This document shows, one piece after another, positions 1 to 12,469 of a stretch of DNA of 64,000 nt. Every line of letters begins with the position of its first letter. Within the stretch, counting starts at the first letter, position 1. Origin of the DNA: an uncultured delta proteobacterium (lineage in GTDB: Bacteria > Desulfobacterota > Desulfuromonadia > Desulfuromonadales > BM103); assembly GCA_963715335.1 (NCBI GenBank), contig CAVQRZ010000005.1, positions 32,001-96,000 on the forward strand, read 5' to 3'. Made by a program: the position numbers and the translations under genes. The notes beneath the pieces are model-generated. The model did no database searches. It had not been told where the DNA came from and was given only the letters and a program-made list of their open reading frames with translations.

Positions 1-5
1 AACAC

Positions 6-36
6 AAAAAAAGGGCGACCCACAGGGCCGCCCTTC
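6..36 (-). terminator. Intrinsic terminator after frdB
   Basis: aagggcg/cgccctt stem preceded by an A-run on + (U-tract on -), just downstream of the frdB stop. Confidence 0.75.
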
Positions 37-59
37 AACCATTATTGGAACATGTCAGG

Positions 60-800
60 TTACTTGATCAGCGCCTTCATGTATTCACGGTTTAGCTTGG
101 CAATGAACTTGACATCCACGCCTTTCGGACAGGAAGCCTGGCACTCGTAGTGGTTGGAGCAGTTGCCAAAACCATTTTCCTTGGCTACTTCAGTCATCGC
201 GTTGACGCGGCGCGCGGCTTCGATCTTGCCCTGCGGAAGAACCGCAAGTTGAGCGACTTTAGCGCTGGTGTACAGCATTGCCGAGCTGTTCGGACAGGAA
301 GCAACACAGGCCCCACAACCGATGCACTCGGCGGCGTCCATGGAATAATCAGCTTCCGGCTTGCCAACCAGGATGGCATTTGCATCGGCCACGCCACCGG
401 TGTGGCAGGAGGTATAACCGCCAGCCTGCATGATCTTCTCCAGGCTGCCACGATCAACGACCAGGTCTTTGATCACCGGGAAGGCGCGGGCCTTCCAGGG
501 CTCGATGAAGATTTCGTCACCGTCGTTAAATTCCCGCATATGCAGCTGGCAGACCGTGGTCCGCTCCATGCCACCGTGAGGAACACCGTTGATGACTTGT
601 GAACACATCCCGCAGATCCCTTCGCGGCAATCGTGATCGAAAGCAACGACATCCTTGCCTGCTACAGCCAAAGCCTGATTGACGTCGTCGAGCATCTCCA
701 GAAACGACTGGTCGGGACTAACATCAGGGGCATCGATAGTCTCAAGTCGTCCTTTATCATTGGGGCCGTTCTGGCGCCATACGTGAAGTTTGAGTTTCAT
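60..800 (-). CDS. frdB: Succinate dehydrogenase/fumarate reductase iron-sulfur subunit
   Basis: CREGICGMC [2Fe-2S] motif; CIGCGACVASCP and CSNHYECQASCP cluster motifs; operon position. Confidence 0.95.
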   Translation of the reverse strand: MKLKLHVWRQNGPNDKGRLETIDAPDVSPDQSFLEMLDDVNQALAVAGKDVVAFDHDCREGICGMCSQVINGVPHGGMERTTVCQLHMREFNDGDEIFIEPWKARAFPVIKDLVVDRGSLEKIMQAGGYTSCHTGGVADANAILVGKPEADYSMDAAECIGCGACVASCPNSSAMLYTSAKVAQLAVLPQGKIEAARRVNAMTEVAKENGFGNCSNHYECQASCPKGVDVKFIAKLNREYMKALIK

Positions 801-2716
801 TATTTGTAACTCCTTACGGCAAGTTTGACATTTTCAAACTTCAAAGGCTCTTTGTGCAGTTCGGGCTCGACACCCGCGCCTTTGAATTCCCAGGCAGCGA
901 CATAACAGAAATCCTCGTCGTTACGCATCGCTTCGCCATCTTCGGTCTGGTGCTCGGTCCGGAAGTGGCCACCGCAGGACTCCTCACGGTTGAGTGCGTC
1001 CTTGGTGAGGATTTCGGCGAATTCGATGAAGTCGGCCAGGCGACCGGCGTTCTCGAGTTCCTGGTTGAACTGCTCATTGGTGCCAACCACTTTGAGGTTG
1101 CTCCAGAATTCCTCACGGATTTCCGGGATACGCTTGAGAGCTTCCTTGAGACTGGCATCGCTACGGGCCATGCCGACGTGCTCCCACATGACCTTGCCGA
1201 GTTCACGGTGCAGCTCGGAAGGCGTTTTGCTGCCGTTGATCGAGAGCATTTTATCGATGTTGGCCTTAACTTCCTCGGCAGACTTCTTGAACTCGGCGTG
1301 GTCGGCCTTGACTTCGCCGGGTTTCACAGTCGCCAGGTAGTTGGCGATGGTGTAGGGAATAACAAAGTAGCCGTCAGCCAGACCCTGCATCAGTGCCGAG
1401 GCACCGAGACGGTTGGCGCCGTGCACGGAGAAGTTGGCTTCACCGAGAACAAACAGGCCGGGGACGTTGCTCATGCAGTTGTAATCGACCCAGAGACCGC
1501 CCATGGAATAGTGCGGCGCGGGGTAGATACGCATCGGCTGTTTGTAACCGTCTTCGGCTGTAATCTTCTCGTACATCTCGAACAAGTTGCCGTAACGCTC
1601 ACGAATCGTGTCTTCACCGAGGCGTTTGATCGAATCGGCAAAGTCGAGGTAAACACCGCGCTTGCCGGGACCGACACCACGTTCGTCGTCGCACTGCTCT
1701 TTGGCTGCACGGGAAGCGATATCACGCGGGGCCAGGTTGCCGAAGGACGGATACTTGCGTTCCAGGTAATAATCGCGGTCTTCGTCAGCAATGTCACCGG
1801 CCGGCTTCTCGCAATCTTCGACCTTCTTGGGGACCCAGCAGCGACCATCGTTACGCAGCGACTCGGACATCAGGGTCAGCTTCGACTGATGCTCGCCGTG
1901 CTGCGGGATACAGGTTGGGTGAATCTGGGTGTAGCAAGGGTTCGCCATGTAAGCGCCCTTCCTGGCGGCCTTCCAGACGGCGGTCGCACTACAACCCATA
2001 GCGTTGGTGGAAAGGTAGAAAACATTGACGTAGCCGCCGGTTGCCAGGATGACAGCATCACCCCAGTAGGGCTCGATTTCACCGGTAACCATGTTGCGGC
2101 AGGTAATCCCCCTGGCAACTCCGTCAACCACGACCAGGTCGAGCATCTCACGACGCTCATAGAGCTTGACCGTGCCGGCCTTGATCTGGCGGGACAGGGC
2201 CGAGTAGGCACCGAGCAGCAACTGCTGGCCGGTCTGACCGCGGGCGTAGAAGGTACGGGAAACCTGGGCGCCGCCGAAAGAGCGGTTGTCCAGGTAACCG
2301 GCATAATCGCGGGCGAATGGCACGCCCTGGGCGACACACTGGTCGATGATGTTGTTCGACACCTGGGCCAGACGCCAGACGTCGGCTTCACGGGCGCGGA
2401 AGTCGCCACCCTTGATGGTGTCGTAGAACAGGCGGTAGACCGAGTCACCGTCGTTCGGATAGTTCTTGGCTGCGTTGATGCCGCCCTGCGCTGCGATCGA
2501 ATGGGCGCGGCGGGCGCTATCCTGGTAGCAGAAAGCTTCAACATTGTAGCCGAGTTCACCCAGGGAAGCCGCAGCGGCACCACCGGCAAGGCCGGTTCCG
2601 ACGCAGAGGATTTTGTACTTACGTTTATTGGCAGGATTCACCAGCTTCGACTCGAAGCGGTGGCGATCCCATGAAGTTTCAATTGGTCCGGTAGGACATT
2701 TGCCATCGAGTATCAT
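800..2716 (-). CDS. frdA: Succinate dehydrogenase/fumarate reductase flavoprotein subunit
   Basis: GTGLAG FAD motif, AHSIAAQGG covalent-FAD His motif, [22 protein letters not shown]. Confidence 0.96.
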   Translation of the reverse strand: MILDGKCPTGPIETSWDRHRFESKLVNPANKRKYKILCVGTGLAGGAAAASLGELGYNVEAFCYQDSARRAHSIAAQGGINAAKNYPNDGDSVYRLFYDTIKGGDFRAREADVWRLAQVSNNIIDQCVAQGVPFARDYAGYLDNRSFGGAQVSRTFYARGQTGQQLLLGAYSALSRQIKAGTVKLYERREMLDLVVVDGVARGITCRNMVTGEIEPYWGDAVILATGGYVNVFYLSTNAMGCSATAVWKAARKGAYMANPCYTQIHPTCIPQHGEHQSKLTLMSESLRNDGRCWVPKKVEDCEKPAGDIADEDRDYYLERKYPSFGNLAPRDIASRAAKEQCDDERGVGPGKRGVYLDFADSIKRLGEDTIRERYGNLFEMYEKITAEDGYKQPMRIYPAPHYSMGGLWVDYNCMSNVPGLFVLGEANFSVHGANRLGASALMQGLADGYFVIPYTIANYLATVKPGEVKADHAEFKKSAEEVKANIDKMLSINGSKTPSELHRELGKVMWEHVGMARSDASLKEALKRIPEIREEFWSNLKVVGTNEQFNQELENAGRLADFIEFAEILTKDALNREESCGGHFRTEHQTEDGEAMRNDEDFCYVAAWEFKGAGVEPELHKEPLKFENVKLAVRSYK

Positions 2717-2728
2717 TGAGTCGACCCC

Positions 2729-3397
2729 CTATATCCTTACGCAGCCGAAGACGATCAGCAGCGGAATTGAGATGTAACCCAGTAGGAGGACAACAGCAAC
2801 CAGTTTGCTGAGTAGTCCCATGACCGGAAGTGATTTGTCATTGCTCAAGCCAATAGTCTGGAAAAAGCTCTGGAAGCCATGGCCAACGTGCAGGAAGAGA
2901 AAGCACATTGCAATAACATAGGCCGCGACAGGCAGTGCGCTCTTAAAACCCTGAACCACCATGGTGTAGACATTGACCATTTGAGTTGCTTCGTTCATCT
3001 CGTAGACCCCCATGCCGGGCACCCTAACGGTGAAGTGCAGCAGGTGGTAGATGACGAATGCCAGCAGGAGCAACCCTGAGATGATCATGGTTTCGGCGCC
3101 GAAACCGGTCTTCAGGCGTTTAACCTGGACGTTTTTCTCGGGTGTGGCTGCCTTGTTTTCCAAGGTCAGCTGGATCCCGAAAAAGATGTGAATGGCAAAA
3201 GCCGCCAGCATAACGAGCCGGAAGACCCAGACGAATGGTCCGAGACTGTGCAGCTTCTGCGCGTAAGCGTTGATTGCGTCGGCACCTACAAACAGGGACG
3301 AGTTGCCCAGCAGGTGCACACAAACAAACGCGACCAACACGATGCCGGTAACGGCCATGATGATCTTTCTGCCCACAGAACTTTGCGTCAGTTGCAT
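2729..3397 (-). CDS. frdC: Succinate dehydrogenase/fumarate reductase cytochrome b subunit (5 TM, diheme type)
   Basis: SSVGRKIIMAVTG start, five hydrophobic helices with His ligands, first gene of the operon. Confidence 0.92.
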   Translation of the reverse strand: MQLTQSSVGRKIIMAVTGIVLVAFVCVHLLGNSSLFVGADAINAYAQKLHSLGPFVWVFRLVMLAAFAIHIFFGIQLTLENKAATPEKNVQVKRLKTGFGAETMIISGLLLLAFVIYHLLHFTVRVPGMGVYEMNEATQMVNVYTMVVQGFKSALPVAAYVIAMCFLFLHVGHGFQSFFQTIGLSNDKSLPVMGLLSKLVAVVLLLGYISIPLLIVFGCVRI

Positions 3398-3621
3398 GAT
3401 TTTGATCCCTTACTCAAAGTGTGTTGTGATAAAAACCCGAAATGGAGACCTGTTCAAGAACCGGCCAAGACCGGCACGACAGACACAAGCAAGACAACGC
3501 GTCTTGCCACGACCCACCGAGGAGGTCCCCGCCAACGACTTGACAAACCCATACTGATGTCCCTTGTCGCCTTGCACCGGCTCGAGGGTACTTCTCTCTC
3601 GCGACCCGGCGCACATAACAC

Positions 3622-3650
3622 TGCATACTGTATACAAGACCTCCGTATAC
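3622..3650. promoter_or_regulatory. Putative operator upstream of frdC (repeated GYATAC, palindrome TGTATACA)
   Basis: tgcatactgtataca...gtatac: three G(C/T)ATAC units within 30 bp. Confidence 0.35.
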
Positions 3651-3729
3651 TAAACACCGTTTGAAAAAAAATAAAGTAAAATTTTCCAAGAAAACGGCTT
3701 TAAGGATTTTTTCGAAAGGATGACTGAAT

Positions 3730-4326
3730 TTACGTCGGCGGAGCCGTGAGGAAGTTGACGAGTTGGTGCAGGGCCTGGCCGCGATGGCTGACCTGGTTCT
3801 TCGTATCGAGAGGCAGTTCCGCCATTGTACAGCTATAGTCGGGCAGCCAGAAAAGCGGGTCGTAACCGAAGCCACCGGCACCCCGCTCCTGCTCAAGGAT
3901 CAGGCCATCGACCCTGCCTGCAAAAAGGCGCGGCGACTGGCCCGGCATGCACATGGCCATGACGCAGCAGAACGATGCCTGGCGCTGACTTTTCGGGACT
4001 CTGGCCATTGCTTCGAGAAGTTTGCGATTATTGCTCTGATCATCGGCATCGGCGCCGGAGAAACGCGCCGAATGCACGCCCGGACGGCCCTGCAACGCAT
4101 CGACAACCAGGCCGGAATCATCAGCCAGGCAGGGCAAAGCCGTAAATTGTGCAATCGCTTGCGCTTTTTTTACTGCATTCTCCGCAAAGGTGTCGCCATC
4201 TTCCACGACCTCCGGGGCATCGGGGAAAGCTTCAAGGCCCAGGATCCTGAAGCCCTGAGACTCCAGCAGGCGACGAATCTCCTTGAGCTTGCCCGCATTC
4301 CGGGTCGCCACGACCAGCTCCATCAT
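3730..4326 (-). CDS. rdgB: Non-canonical purine NTP pyrophosphatase (RdgB/HAM1)
   Basis: [33 protein letters not shown] motifs. Confidence 0.95.
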   Translation of the reverse strand: MMELVVATRNAGKLKEIRRLLESQGFRILGLEAFPDAPEVVEDGDTFAENAVKKAQAIAQFTALPCLADDSGLVVDALQGRPGVHSARFSGADADDQSNNRKLLEAMARVPKSQRQASFCCVMAMCMPGQSPRLFAGRVDGLILEQERGAGGFGYDPLFWLPDYSCTMAELPLDTKNQVSHRGQALHQLVNFLTAPPT

Positions 4327-5060
4327 GACTGGCTTCTTGCCTCGATCTGCAAACGGGTCAATTCTCGACAGCCTTCTTCAGCCAGGGACCTGAGAGCATC
4401 CAGCTCGGCGTGACTGAAAGGCTCTGCCTCCGCGGTGCCCTGCACTTCGACAAATCTGCCGTCGCCGGTCATGACAAAGTTCATGTCCACGCTGGCCTCA
4501 GAGTCCTCGACGTAGTCGAGGTCGAGCACCGCCCGGCCATCGACAATCCCGCAACTGATTGCGGCGACGCTGCCGATCAGCGGTGATTTCTGGAGCACGT
4601 TGTCAGCGAGCAACTTGTCAACAGCGTCAGCGAGTGCGATCCACGAACCGGTAATTGCTGCCGTCCGGGTGCCGCCATCAGCTTGCAGTACATCGCAGTC
4701 GACGACAATCGTGCGTTCGCCAAGAAGTTCAAAATCGACTATCGCTCGCAGCGCCCGACCGATCAGACGCTGGATCTCCATGGTGCGGCCACCGAGCTTG
4801 CCACGGGCCGCTTCCCGCGCCGAACGCGTATGGGTGGCACGGGGCAGCATGCTGTATTCAGCGGTCACCCAGCCACGCCCCTCTCCTCGCATGAAGGAAG
4901 GGACTTTCCCTTCAACAGACGCGTTGCACAGCACCCGGGTTTCACCAAAGCAGATCAGCACGGAGCCTTCGGCATAGCGGGTAAACCCCCTCTCCACCTT
5001 GAACGACCGGAGTTGGCTTGGTGCGCGACCATCATGTCGGGACAGAGAGGATGAACTCAT
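4323..5060 (-). CDS. rph: Ribonuclease PH
   Basis: [47 protein letters not shown]. Confidence 0.97.
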   Translation of the reverse strand: MSSSSLSRHDGRAPSQLRSFKVERGFTRYAEGSVLICFGETRVLCNASVEGKVPSFMRGEGRGWVTAEYSMLPRATHTRSAREAARGKLGGRTMEIQRLIGRALRAIVDFELLGERTIVVDCDVLQADGGTRTAAITGSWIALADAVDKLLADNVLQKSPLIGSVAAISCGIVDGRAVLDLDYVEDSEASVDMNFVMTGDGRFVEVQGTAEAEPFSHAELDALRSLAEEGCRELTRLQIEARSQS

Positions 5061-6136
5061 CGTGAAACTCCTGAGGATGTGGCGAAGAAAGCCTGCAGCC
5101 CTTCGAACAGGGCACGGGCAAAATCCTGTTGCCGGGCCGGGTCCTGCAATGTGATCAAATCGACACCATTGGTCAGGCTGCCCATCTCTACCAGGACACG
5201 AGGCAGGTCGCCGCGACCGAGCGGGTAAACCGGCAACTCCTTGACCTGATGGACAGCAAATCCTTTACGCTTCAACTCCTGCCGCAGAATTTCGGCAAAT
5301 TTCATACTGGAGTTCTCCTGGATCACGCCATCGGGAACGTCCCGTTCTGTCTGGGGTTGCACGTAAAGGTTGACCCCGGACGCCTCAGGAGAGAAAAAGG
5401 CCCCGGCGTGCAGCGACAGCAGCACATCGGCCTGCCCTTCGGCAACAATTTCCAGCCGACGGTCCAGATCAAGCGCATAATCACCATCGCGCGTCATGAC
5501 AACGGGTGCATCCTGATGCATCTTGAGGAGCTTTTCCAGTCGCTGGCTGACCGCCAGAGAGAGGTCTTTCTCCTTGCTGCCATCGGAGCCGAGCGAACCG
5601 GAATCTTCACCGCCGTGTGCAGGGTCAATCGAAACAACCCACTTGCTGCCATCGGCAACCGGCTCCTTTTTACGCAACAGGAAGGCGAACAACCGGTCGA
5701 GCGGATCTTCGCCGCCGGTCGGTGCAGGCGGGTTGTGGTTCCGGTAGTAGATCGGCTCGGTCAGCAACGGGGCCAATTGGCTGAGGAGGAAAACTTCCGA
5801 GACCCGCAGTTTACCATCGATAAAGCGCGGTCGATGGCTGATCGGGATGAAATTATCGCCGATTTTCAGGAATTGACTGCCCGGAGAAATAATCGCCCGG
5901 CCGTGCGGTGTGCGGATTACGTAAACATGGGCGACGGAATCCCAAGTCCCTTCCAGTTCAAGCGCGTTCAGAACATCATCGATAGAGATAAAAGCCGTCC
6001 CTTCACGAAGGTAAACATCTTCGACGATCAGCGGCTCTTTACCGGGGCGCCCGATTTCGACCAGTGCCGCGGCGTGAGAAGCGAAGACCAGCAGCAAAAG
6101 GAAGAAACTGAAGAGATGGATAGCAAAGCGGGGCAT
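5057..6136 (-). CDS. N-acetylmuramoyl-L-alanine amidase (Amidase_3) with signal peptide
   Basis: [16 protein letters not shown] and LVEMG Zn/catalytic motifs; ATG at 6136 begins a signal peptide. Confidence 0.85.
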   Translation of the reverse strand: MPRFAIHLFSFFLLLLVFASHAAALVEIGRPGKEPLIVEDVYLREGTAFISIDDVLNALELEGTWDSVAHVYVIRTPHGRAIISPGSQFLKIGDNFIPISHRPRFIDGKLRVSEVFLLSQLAPLLTEPIYYRNHNPPAPTGGEDPLDRLFAFLLRKKEPVADGSKWVVSIDPAHGGEDSGSLGSDGSKEKDLSLAVSQRLEKLLKMHQDAPVVMTRDGDYALDLDRRLEIVAEGQADVLLSLHAGAFFSPEASGVNLYVQPQTERDVPDGVIQENSSMKFAEILRQELKRKGFAVHQVKELPVYPLGRGDLPRVLVEMGSLTNGVDLITLQDPARQQDFARALFEGLQAFFATSSGVSR

Positions 6137-6193
6137 GGCGCATTTTATACTCCAGATGGGTGAGGCTGTCAACGCGGACCTGACGACTGGCAC

Positions 6194-7244
6194 CTAACGT
6201 TTGACAAGCGGTTGCGGCTCGGTATGTTCGCGCCCCAAGGCAGCCAACAGACGCCCGGCAAGTTCGTATTCCAAGGCCCCGAGACTGCCTCGCACTGCTT
6301 CGAGCGGACGGATCTGTCCACCGGCTGTCATGCTGTGACCACCGCCGGTACCGAGCCCCTTGATGATTGTCTGCATCAGGACCCCGGCGTGGGTTTCTTG
6401 CTGACTGGTCCGTAATGAAAGGACACCCTCTTCTTTGCAACAGCCCAGACCAAGGACTATCTCGACGCCTTCAACCCTCATCAGGAAGTCGGCAATTTCG
6501 GCGACGATCTCCGGGTGATCGATGAGGTAGAGGTTGAAGATCAGGGTATTGCCGTAAATCTTGGCATTCCTGAGGCCGGTCTCAAAATACTTGAAGTAGA
6601 TTCGCGATGACTTCGGCCGGGTGATCTCGTGCAGGATGCGGTTGTTGCAGAGCGGCATCAGCTTCATATAGGCGTCGCGATCAGACTTGCTCCAGTCGCG
6701 GCCCAGGTCTTCAGTCTCTGACTTGATTGCATAGAAGAGGATCGTCGCCAGCTTGGTCGCGATCTTCACTTCCTGGGCCTGAAGGTATTCGAAAAGAATA
6801 CTTGCCGAGGCGCCATATTCGGGCCGCACATCGACCCATCGGCAAGCCTGGGTCTGTGTCCTGATCTGGTGATGATCAATGACCAGATCGATTCGCCGAC
6901 CCGCCGGGTATGAGTTGTTGCCGGTTTCCGGCTGGGTGTCAACCATGCAGACCGCATTGAACGTGTCCAGGTCAAGCTCGTCTATCGATTTCGACTTGAT
7001 TTCCAGCTGCTTGGCCATTACCAGGTTTTCACGTCGCCCGATTCCGCCACCGAACGCGATCGTCGCCGTCTGACCGGTCTTGATCAGAATCAGATGTTGC
7101 AAGGCAAATGATGCGGCGAGGGCATCAGGATCAGGGTGGTCATGGGTGACGATCAGGATCGCCCCTTTGCCGCGCAGCCATTCGATGATCCCGGTCGAGA
7201 ACTCATTCTGAATGGCTCAGGTTGCAATCAGCTTTTTGGTTCAT
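6194..7244 (-). CDS. DHH/DHHA1 family phosphoesterase (apparent frameshift near 7205)
   Basis: Reading frame upstream of the ORF-track start gives ILIVTHDHPDPDALA; DHH and GGGH motifs present; likely ATG at 7244 overlaps the upstream stop but is out of frame. Confidence 0.8.
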
Positions 7245-7708
7245 TTGTCCAAACGTTCAAAGGCAATGGCAACAGCCGCTTGCGCCGAATCGGCGGGCAG
7301 TGTCCCGGTTACGGCCTGGGCCCCTGGCAGGACGACAACCGGCTTGCCGAGTTTGAGCCCTATTGCGGTTTCCGAAAGCGTCCCGTACTCGCCTTCAACC
7401 GCTATCAGGGCTTCAGCCGTGTGGGCAATAATCACGTTGCGGGCGTGGCCCATGTTGGTCGGAACCGCTATGGTGACAAAGGGATTGGCCGATACGCCGC
7501 CCGGCCCCGGCAGGACGCCAACGACCTCACCTCCGGCCTCGAACGCTCCCCTGGCAGCAGCTTCCATGACCCCGCCGAGCCCGCCGCAAACCAGGACCGC
7601 ACCGCGCCGGGCGATTTCGCGCCCGATTGCTTCGGCCAGGACAAGCCCGTCCGGTGAAGGCTGCGAAGCGCCGATGACACCAATGATTGTTTTTCGTCGG
7701 GTTGTCAT
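7241..7708 (-). CDS. TIGR00725 family / LOG-like nucleotide-binding protein
   Basis: IGVIG, LVCGGLGGVMEAA, GHARN, GEYGTLSE. Confidence 0.85.
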   Translation of the reverse strand: MTTRRKTIIGVIGASQPSPDGLVLAEAIGREIARRGAVLVCGGLGGVMEAAARGAFEAGGEVVGVLPGPGGVSANPFVTIAVPTNMGHARNVIIAHTAEALIAVEGEYGTLSETAIGLKLGKPVVVLPGAQAVTGTLPADSAQAAVAIAFERLDK

Positions 7709-7789
7709 AAAAACCAAACCATCACATGGGGCAAGGATGCAACATCAGAGGACATTAAACCCCATTCCGCATGAAAACGCAAAACTTCA

Positions 7790-8239
7790 GATTTAACCAT
7801 AGACTCTGCCAGAGTTGCGAGGACTCTCCGGCCACCATCACGCTCGGAACGTCCAGAATCGTCCATGTGAGTTCGCGCGGATATTCGAGGACTCGGGAGA
7901 AGCCATAATATGCCACGCCACGTGCCCTCCGATTTCGAACAGCGAACTACTGTCCTCGAATGCACTTTTTAGCCAGTAGAGAACTGGGTAATCTTCTAGT
8001 TTGACGTCAGAATGCTTCTCGGCGTACCAACTGCTCGCATTCGCGTTGTCGTAACCCACAGGCTTGGTCCGCGGTGCCGCTGCAACGGCTTCAGCAAAGG
8101 TCGCATATACTCCCCGCACCTCATTGACCGGTTGCAGGCGATTCCGCACGCGCTCCTGCATAGCCTGAAGGATTCGTTTGGCCGTAAGAGGCTTTCCATT
8201 GAATGATAAGAATTTGCTTCTTAAGGTTTGTGCCGACAT
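7790..8239 (-). pseudogene. Truncated/frameshifted putative methyltransferase (resembles TIGR04325 family)
   Basis: GVYATFAEA...GYDN...DYPVLYWL...FEIGGHV, continuing in another frame as WTILDVP, then lost. Confidence 0.5.
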
Positions 8240-8397
8240 CAATAAATTCTGTCCACATAACGGTATAATCAGACAAAAACCAACCCTTTTCAATTTTACC
8301 CAACAACCAAAACCTTGTCAAAACCAAGACCCCGGCAGGGAAAACCACTCAACACCGCAAAACCACTTGGAAGCCACCGATTTTGCACGCACTTATC

Positions 8398-9805
8398 CTA
8401 TACTGCCTGCTGGGTCAAGTAGCAAGCACACCCCACATGACCGTCAGTGCAGTGTGTTATCCGTTTCATCGTGACGGCCCCAGCCGTCGCGAACGCTTCA
8501 CAGACAACAACTTCGGCGGTGTCTTCCTGTTCTTTGGGAGGCGGCAGACCTTTGGGTAGACTCTCGTGCCAAAGACCGAGGTATTCAAGAATGCGGTGGA
8601 TCAGCAATGGCTCGTCGATGAAGCTGATGATCTTCATCTCGCCACCACACTTTGAACAGTCCAGCGGGTCAACTTCCCAGACCTTCTTGATGCACTCCCG
8701 CCAGGTCTTTGATGGAATTTTTTTGTGTGCTTCGGTGATTGTCAGGATTTCTGCTGCATAGATGTGGTATCAGTGTTATTTTTTTGCTGCTTTTTCTTAT
8801 GATCCCCTCTTGAGCGATTGGAATACCAGCCATAATAGCGCACCAGTTGAAAAGACCTGTCAGGGATGTGCGGGGTGATCCTGGCGATGAATTCTTCTGC
8901 GCTGAAACTTAAAGTTTCTTTTGTTCTTTCCATGCCCCAAATTCGAACGATAGATCACCGTTCCTGAATCGTCAATGTATTGTATCTTCTCCAAAGCAAA
9001 TGAACTGCAAATGATCTACTGTGCGAGCGCTTCACGGCCTTTATTGTCCTGCCGGTCTATCTTGACACCGTTGTGAATCTTGAACCCGGACATATGTCGC
9101 CACTGCATAAACTTACGGATGAAATCATCGTCGATCTTCCCCTCCTTTTTCAACATCTTCAGCGCCGCGGCACGAAACAGTTCCTGCAAAGGTTTGAGGC
9201 CGACATCGGGCATGACGTGGAAGTTGCCACTTGGCATAAAAAGGCCGTCGACCACCAGCAGGTGAAGATGTGTATGCCAGCGACCGTAGTCGCCAAACGT
9301 CTGGATGGCGGTCACCGTGCCGAGCTGGCCAGACTTGACATTGAAGACTGTCCTGAAGAGATGGAGCAGACTTCGGTTGGCGTACTAGCAGAGCCTGGTG
9401 AGCAACGCACGATCGTAGCGGAAATAGATACGCAGAATTTTCGGCAGGGTGAAAGCATTCTGGCGGTGCTGTAAGGGGGGAGAGGATTGTGCTGCCAAGT
9501 AGATTGCCGAACCACCTTATTGGCGTGACAGCTCGGGCAGAACCAGCGACCTTTGCAGCCGAATGAAGGTACTCATGGCTGCAGTCGGGGCATCGAACAC
9601 GGGCGAAACCCTCGCGCAGGTCACCACATTTCAGATAGTCGCGTAACACGTCATCGACAACCGCGAGCTTGAAACCGTAAGCCTTTTGATACTTCTGCTC
9701 GAACTCCTGTTCAGAGATTCCGTAATGCTTGTTGAGCATTTTCCACAACGGCGACTGCTGCGACTACCGGGGGTGGTAAACGGTTAAATCGTTCCCCTCC
9801 GACAT
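8398..9805 (-). mobile_element. Decayed IS91-like (Y2/HUH rolling-circle) transposase
   Basis: ATG at 9805 with GGAGG RBS; CGDLREGFARVRCPDC Zn-binding region; IQTFG..WHTHLH HUH motif; LVRYYGWYSN; CSKCGGEMKIISFI C-terminus; in-frame stops and several frameshifts. Confidence 0.85.
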
Positions 9806-10005
9806 CTCCCCTCCACGGGATCACATAGGCCGAAAGCCCAAAGTGGCATCCGAGCCTTTCAGTTAGATTTTATTCTCTCGGCGTCTTTGCGCCTTTGCGT
9901 TAAACAGATTTTTTGACTTTCCGCGTTCCTTGCACTTCGGGCCTCGAACCTTACCCTAAACAGTTACGCTCATTTTGCCCTTGATACAGCCGCAAACAAG
10001 CCGGA

Positions 10006-12469
10006 TCACAGCCTCCTGGCATAGCCTTTCAAAAGGAGACTGTTGGTCACGACTGAAACACTGGAGAAGAGCCATAGCCAGACCTGCAAACTCGGGCTTG
10101 AGGATGATTCCGAAAGCGGGATAAAACAGTCCAGCGGCAATCGGGATGCCAATCACATTGTAGAAGAATGCCCAAAACAGGTTCTGCTTGATCTTGGCGA
10201 GGGTTTTCCGTCCCAGGCGAATGCCGCGCTCAACATCGCGGATATCACCCTTAACCAGGACGAGGTCGCCGGTCTCCTTGGCGACATCGGTCCCGCTGCC
10301 GATCGCAATACCGATATCCGCCTGAGCCAGAGCCGGCGCATCGTTGATGCCGTCGCCGACCATGCCGGTGAAAAAGCCGCGGGTCTGATAGCTGCGTACC
10401 ACGCCCTGCTTGTCGCCGGGGAGCACTTCGGCCTCAACCTCTTCAATCCCAAGCTGCCGGGCAACCGCATCAGCCACGGTCTGTCGGTCGCCGGTGATCA
10501 TGACCGTTTTCAGTCCCAACTGCTGCAGGCGGGCAATCGTATCGGCAGCATCATCCTTGAGGGTATCAGCAAGGGTCAACGCGCCGAGGATTAAGCCATC
10601 CACGGCAACGTAGATGACCGACTCGCCGCCCTCGGCCCGGCCGCTGAGGAGGAGATCAATGTTGTCGGCGGCCACCTGTTCCCGCTCCATCAGTCGCCGG
10701 TTACCGGCAAGGACAACGCGGTCATCGGACTCGCCTTTCAGACCAAGCCCGCCGATTTCTGCGACATCTCGACAGGGGGTGTAATCAACACCGTTGTCCT
10801 TGGCATATCGTCACGACAGCGCGAGCGAGGGGATGACTGCTGGCTGACTCCACTTCTGTCGCATACCTGATCAAGGCATGCCTGGCGACACCCTCTGCGC
10901 AGATCACATCCGTGACGGAAAATTCACCCCGCGTCAAGGTCCCGGTCTTGTCCAGCAACAACACCTGCAGACGGGATATGTTCTCAAGGGCAGACGCCTT
11001 TTTAAAAAGGATTCCGGCGGCAAGCCCGATCGAACTGCCGACCATGATAGCCGTCGGCGTCGCCAGGCCCAGAGCGCAAGGGCATGCAATCACCAGCACG
11101 GCAATCGCCATTTTAAACGCAAACAGGAAATCGGCGCCGACCAGAGCATACCAGGAGACGAAAGTTGCCAATGCGACCACGACTACTGCAGGCACGAACC
11201 AGTTGGAAATTCTGTCGGCCAGGCGCTGGATCGGTGCCTTGTCGCTCTGGGCGTCCTCAACCATGCGGACAATCTGTGCCAGCACCGTTTCACTGCCGAC
11301 CCGAGCTCGCCTCTATGACCAGCCGACTGCTGGTGTTGATCGTCGCCCCGGTGACCTCATCGCCGGGCTGCTTGTCCACAGGCAGAGATTCACCTGTCAC
11401 CAGCGATTCGTCAACAGCTGAGGCCCCCTCGACGACAACACCGTCCACCGGGATTTTTTGGCCGGGACGCACCACCACCCGGTCACCAACCTGCACACGA
11501 TCCGCCGGAACATCCTCTTCGCGACCATCGACCATGATCAGTGCACGATCGGCTTGCAGATGCAAGAGTGCCTTGAGGGTCTGGCTGGCCTTGCCTTTGG
11601 CCCGGGCCTCCAGCCATTTGCCGAAACGGATGAAGGTGATCAGCATGGCGCTCGTTTCGAAGAAAACACTTCACCAGACAGGCCAAAGACTTGAAAGAGC
11701 GCCAGCAGCGAGTAGCCGTACGCGGCGGTAATCCCCATGGCGACGAGGACATCCATGTTGGCCGAGCGGTTTTTCAGGGATTTCCAGGCGCTGCGATAGA
11801 AGGTCAATCCGGCAGTGAACTGGACAACCGTCGACAAAACACAGATGCAGGTAGATGGTTGCCGAACCGAATGGTGCAAACCACATTAGCGGCATGATCG
11901 GCAACGACAGGGTTGCGGCAAAGATCAGCCAATAAAGTTGGCGTGCGGCCTTCGTGCAGATCTCGTCATCTTCTGCTGCCGCCCGGTAACCAAGGTCATC
12001 GACCTTCGCGATCAGATCGGCACTTTGCACTAGGCGAGGATCATAAACGACGGAGAGCTTTTCTGCGGCAAAGTTTACCGCAAGCTGAGCATGACCCCAG
12101 GCACTTTGGCGACACCCTTTTCGATGGTTTGCGCGCAATTGGCACAGGTCATCCCCTGCATGGCAAAGGTACTCGTTCCGGTTGCTGCTTTTTTGACGGA
12201 ATGCTCGCCAGCAACGACTCTCTTCTGTATCAGCATCATCCGAGGCAATCGGGCCACAACCTGAAAGCCCGTCGCGACGACAACATCGAAAAGCTCTTCA
12301 CGGTCCGGACCGCTATCAACCACCTGAATCTTGCCCTGTTGCTCCTCTAGCGAGACCACAACCACACTCACCCCATCCATCGCCTGCAACGCTAGCGGTG
12401 ATCTTGGCAACACATTTTTGACAGCTCATGCCGTAGATACGGGATGGTGATTTCAGTGTTTGTCGTCAA
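10006..12469 (-). pseudogene. copA: Copper-translocating P1B-type ATPase, broken by many frameshifts (possibly sequencing errors)
   Basis: Two HMA motifs (GMSCQKC, GMTCANC), NMDVL, TGES, CPCALGLATP, DKTGT, SSHP, GDGINDAPAL and YN, spread over at least six ORF pieces. Confidence 0.85.

Noticed and set aside
854..2674. 606-aa plus-strand ORF
   Set aside because: Antisense shadow of frdA, expected from GC-rich codon bias; no recognisable motifs.
9791..9815. CCCCTCC doublet as another anti-SD RNA
   Set aside because: It is the reverse complement of the transposase RBS and first codons; no hairpin or terminator.
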